Virus record (IMG/VR): IMGVR_UViG_3300033512_000056
Coordinates: 1-41,076 of that record
Length of the DNA stretch: 41,076 nt
Source: a virus
Lineage: Duplodnaviria > Caudoviricetes
Reading direction: 5' to 3' (one strand)
The translations under genes were made by a program, and so were the position numbers. Each line of letters starts with the position of its first letter. Position 1 is the first letter of the stretch. Shown one piece after another: positions 37,816-41,076 of the stretch. The notes under the pieces are model-generated. The model had not been told where the DNA came from. It ran no database searches and worked only from the letters and a program-made list of their open reading frames with translations.

Positions 37816-38651
37816 AATGTGTAGTTTACACAAATACTAAATACGCCAAGTTACTCTCCAAAGTATCGGTTAAAAACATTGAATTTGATATTAAAATAAC
37901 CGACAAGAAATATAGAACACAGATTGATACATTCCCAGACATAAAAGGAACTACCCGTGACTATACTATTTTAAATTGGAACGATATACCTAACGATAAA
38001 GACTTCTCAATGGTTATTGTTCCTGCCAAAGATTATAAAATAAAACGTGGTCTATATGGTGTATCTAATGGTTCTCGTTCACAGGTATTTGCCAACACTA
38101 ATCCGACAAGAACTAAAGACACTGTAAAGCACGAACTATTACATTGTATCGCCCGTAAGTTTGGTAAAGAAGATAAACTTCACGATTATTTATTACAAAA
38201 AAAGACACTAGAAGATTTTGAAGAATATCTATGGGCTAGACCTAATCAAGAACACTTACTCGAACTTGCTCGAACTAAAGTCGGAGAAGATGTGTCGCCC
38301 AATGACATCGCACCTGATGAACTTGGCTGTGCTGAAAGTGTTTCTACTTTATTAGGACTTTTAATTAAATTCCCTATTATTGTTTCAACAAAGGTTCTAT
38401 ATGAAACATTAAAAAATGACACGAGATTTGAAAGGACTTTAAAACTTGAAGCTGGAAACATTATTATATCGCCAACTGGATATGGAAATGGAAAAGTGAC
38501 AGGTCATGTTGGAATATGTGGAGATAATGAAATTATATATTCAAATGACTCTGATACTGGAACTTGGCAACCTAACTTCACGATAACAAGTTGGGTAAAT
38601 CGCTACAGAAAACTTGGTTCACTACCTTTGTTTGTTTTTCGGTTAGTTTAG
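37812..38651 (+). CDS. Putative endolysin: zincin HExxH plus CHAP/NlpC-P60-like domain
   Basis: KHELLH; GCAESVS..GHVGI..SN; ATGA overlap with holin. Confidence 0.7.
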   Translation: MKCVVYTNTKYAKLLSKVSVKNIEFDIKITDKKYRTQIDTFPDIKGTTRDYTILNWNDIPNDKDFSMVIVPAKDYKIKRGLYGVSNGSRSQVFANTNPTRTKDTVKHELLHCIARKFGKEDKLHDYLLQKKTLEDFEEYLWARPNQEHLLELARTKVGEDVSPNDIAPDELGCAESVSTLLGLLIKFPIIVSTKVLYETLKNDTRFERTLKLEAGNIIISPTGYGNGKVTGHVGICGDNEIIYSNDSDTGTWQPNFTITSWVNRYRKLGSLPLFVFRLV

Positions 38652-38959
38652 TATTCTCCACGACCTAAAGCACCATCGCATTTTTCACACCACCCACTCC
38701 CGACCAACAAAGCATCTCTTAATCTTATAAGTAAACATTCCTTAGGGTTTATCTTTTCTCCTCTTTTTGGGTTGCCTCGAAATAGTATTCGTTGTCTTGT
38801 AATCATTTTATGGACAAAGTATGCTGAAGCATTTTTACCATAGTCCATTGAATCTACAAAGGCATCTATCTCTGCAACTGTTTCAGGAGAAAGTTTGCCA
38901 AAAGTTATTGATAATATCTCGTGTTTTGCTATTGACTTTTCTTGCGTTTTTTCGTTCAT
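38648..38959 (-). CDS. Hypothetical protein
   Basis: 103-aa ORF with C-terminal CxxC. Confidence 0.6.
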   Translation of the reverse strand: MNEKTQEKSIAKHEILSITFGKLSPETVAEIDAFVDSMDYGKNASAYFVHKMITRQRILFRGNPKRGEKINPKECLLIRLRDALLVGSGWCEKCDGALGRGEY

Positions 38960-39060
38960 GATAATCTTCGTTTTTTAAGCCCTATTCTATTAAATATGTA
39001 TGCGTACCTTGTTTTTTCCTATTTTTTCAAATAAGCGAAATTTGACCTTTATCCGACAAA

Positions 39061-39276
39061 TCACCCACGCAAGTTAGCCATATTTTCGAGGTGTTCTATG
39101 AGCTTTGGAATATCGCTAGCGGAATAATCACCCTTTTCCACCAACTCACGAAAACCCTCTAAAATGTATCGCCTTTTTGGCTTAACTTGTTTGCACGCTT
39201 TTCCAAACCACATAAAGCTAGATAGGTGAGGATAAAGTTGTTTATAATGTTCAAAGTATTTTTTAAGTTCTTTCAT
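39061..39276 (-). CDS. Hypothetical protein
   Basis: 71-aa ORF with AT-rich leader. Confidence 0.65.
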   Translation of the reverse strand: MKELKKYFEHYKQLYPHLSSFMWFGKACKQVKPKRRYILEGFRELVEKGDYSASDIPKLIEHLENMANLRG

Positions 39277-39286
39277 TTTAGTAAAT

Positions 39287-39318
39287 TAAAAAGGGCATCA
39301 GCATTACTGCCTAGCCCC
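39287..39318 (-). terminator. Terminator after metallophosphoesterase gene
   Basis: Minus strand GGGC-TAGGCA-GTAA-TGCT-GAT-GCCC-TTTTT. Confidence 0.55.
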
Positions 39319-39324
39319 GTAGTG

Positions 39325-40059
39325 TTAATCATAGACCTTATCTCCCCAGAATAACTGGTGATTGATAATCGGCACAACTGCTGGATAGAAGTGCTTTCCC
39401 TTTTCTTCAAAGAGAAACACTCCGAACCCGTTTTGCCAGTTAGGAATCCCCGAGATATACTCAGGAGTAAGTTTGCAACCGCAACCGCACTCCATCCAGA
39501 CGTGACTTCCGCCACGAACAGTATGAAAATACAATCCCAGTCGGTGTGTGTGTCCAGACGAACCAGAAACGTTTTCACGCTCAAATTCGCCCTTCGCTGT
39601 GTAGGAAGAAAACTTCCTCACGATGTCACCATGCTTGAACAGAACGCCCTTGAAAGAGAAATCTTCACGATACTCGATATTGTGTTTAGCAAGTTCGAGT
39701 AGCTTGTCAATTTTCAAGACACGTAGTGATTCCAATGCAGGTGCTTCTCTCCACAAGAATCTGCGAAGTCTATCAAGGTGATTTGACTTCAACAAAATCA
39801 AACGAGCTTTCGGACACGCTTTTCGGAGCTGTGCCATATAGCCGTTCACTGTATCAATCTCATCTTGCAGGTCGTGTTTTCTTGCGGGGTCTTTGTCGAA
39901 CTTCGACAGTTCGTAGAAATCGTGTAGCTCATGCATCACGATAATCTGCGGTTGTTCCTGACGGCACCAGTCAATTTCCAGTTTGATGACCACAGGGTCT
40001 TCATAAGGAACGTGCCAGTCCGTCAAGGCAACAACCTTAATCCTCTTACTATGTTTCAT
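39325..40059 (-). CDS. Calcineurin-like metallophosphoesterase
   Basis: DWH, HDF, SNH, HGD, GHTH motifs; GGGAGG SD at 40064-40069. Confidence 0.85.
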   Translation of the reverse strand: MKHSKRIKVVALTDWHVPYEDPVVIKLEIDWCRQEQPQIIVMHELHDFYELSKFDKDPARKHDLQDEIDTVNGYMAQLRKACPKARLILLKSNHLDRLRRFLWREAPALESLRVLKIDKLLELAKHNIEYREDFSFKGVLFKHGDIVRKFSSYTAKGEFERENVSGSSGHTHRLGLYFHTVRGGSHVWMECGCGCKLTPEYISGIPNWQNGFGVFLFEEKGKHFYPAVVPIINHQLFWGDKVYD

Positions 40060-40344
40060 AACGCCTCCCATTTGTTAATGTGCGAACCTCTTGTTTAATT
40101 ATAACACTTGTAGACTATTGGTTTAAGAAATTCGTAACTTAATTATCGCAAGTATATTATATTTGACAAGGCTTAAATCGTGTTTTACCTGTGTATAAGT
40201 GGATAACTCCTTGACCTCAAACTTTGTTATAATATAATAGGATAGAAAGATAGATATGGAAGCAGGGCAGGTACAGAAATGCAACCCAACACCATCGCTA
40301 GTCGCTTTGTGTGGATTGGTGAGATAAGATAGAAATTCCTATAA

Positions 40345-40770
40345 ATTAAAATTATAAAAACGATATTCTTTGTAATTGCGAAAGCAGTTATTTATTTATC
40401 ACTATTACTCGCAGGATTTCCTGTAATAGTTTTAGCAGAAGATAAAGTCCTAGAAGTTATTGAAGTAAAGTATGAAGACCCAATTAGAGATTATGCTTAT
40501 TGGGAAGTTGTAGAAAATTGGAGCGAGGCTGAATGGAAAGCATTTAATCTGATTATCACGAAAGAAAGTAATTGGAATCCAAACGCACAGAATCCAAACA
40601 GCACGGCGTTCGGTTTAGGACAATTTCTTAATAGCACTTGGGAAGGTGTCGGATGTGTAAAAACTAACGACCCACAAACGCAGATAGATTGTACAATTAA
40701 ATACATTGAAGATAGATATGAAACACCAAGTAAGGCATTATCGTTTCATCTTGCAAACAACTGGTATTAA
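40345..40770 (+). CDS. Secreted lytic transglycosylase (SLT/lysozyme-like), non-canonical start (not in ORF track)
   Basis: KESNWNPNAQNPNSTAFGLGQFL..DPQTQ..YIEDRY..FH..NNWY; signal-peptide-like N-terminus; frame opens after TAA 40342-40344 with ATT. Confidence 0.85.
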   Translation: MKIIKTIFFVIAKAVIYLSLLLAGFPVIVLAEDKVLEVIEVKYEDPIRDYAYWEVVENWSEAEWKAFNLIITKESNWNPNAQNPNSTAFGLGQFLNSTWEGVGCVKTNDPQTQIDCTIKYIEDRYETPSKALSFHLANNWY

Positions 40771-40784
40771 TGGTATAATTTAAT

Positions 40785-40888
40785 TGGTGGCAAGAACCAC
40801 CTACCAACTAAAACTTGGTAACTAGATTTAGATATATCATTTCATAATTAACAAGAGCGAGGTTCTATATTTCTCCTCGCTTTTTGTT
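40785..40888 (+). ncRNA. Candidate small RNA with terminator
   Basis: TGGTATAAT 40771-40779; hairpins GGTGG/CCACC and TACCAA/TTGGTA; terminator GAGCGAGG..CCTCGCTTTTT. Confidence 0.4.
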
Positions 40889-40935
40889 TACATAAAATTG
40901 TGCTATAATAAATTGTATGAATCGTCACATTTGCA

Positions 40936-41076
40936 AGCAAGATTTATATACAACTGCTACTCACGCATAGACGATACACAAGATTACTGCTTCGGCAGTT
41001 TTCTTTTTGTAATAGAAAACAGACTCACCCGCTTAAAGATAAGTCTGATTTCGTTCAATTTTATAGGGGACTTCAC
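40936..41076. repeat. 141-bp direct terminal repeat, copy 2
   Basis: Identical to 1-141. Confidence 0.95.

Noticed and set aside
40260-40322. c-di-GMP-I riboswitch in the SLT leader
   Set aside because: Only superficial GGGCA and GAAA similarity; consensus P1/P2 elements missing
1-41076. CRISPR or TIGR-like arrays
   Set aside because: No regularly spaced repeats seen in intergenic regions; no Cas or Nop-domain protein recognised
1-41076. Stop-codon reassignment
   Set aside because: Long genes are intact in code 11, and TAA, TAG and TGA all end tightly packed genes

Overview
Apparently complete, circularly assembled ~40.9 kb AT-rich tailed-phage genome; bases 1-141 are repeated at 40936-41076. 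The virion module (8256-36269) is podovirus/P22-like: TerS, TerL, portal, scaffold, major capsid, adaptor, nozzle, three ejection-type proteins, and collagen and beta-helix fibres. A five-enzyme glycan-modification cluster sits between capsid and adaptor. The early region has HNH and NinG nucleases, a single-strand annealing protein, SSB, a DUF5664-like enzyme, a CAP-domain protein and tRNA-Thr(TGT); the lysis region is at the right end. I could not recognise an integrase, polymerase, primase or helicase. The SSB sequence and the near-absence of Shine-Dalgarno motifs suggest a Patescibacteria/CPR-like host (inference). Main observations: (1) a ~400-nt structured RNA candidate in front of an HNH gene, plus several other promoter-driven structured RNAs; (2) DnaA-box-like motifs at fixed distances from promoters; (3) two GC-richer, SD-led cassettes sharing a promoter motif in an otherwise SD-less, often leaderless genome; (4) a lytic transglycosylase missed by the ORF track, with no ATG/GTG/TTG start; (5) a pseudoknot or switch after the capsid gene; (6) strong GATC avoidance. 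All calls come from manual reading; no searches or folding programs were run.
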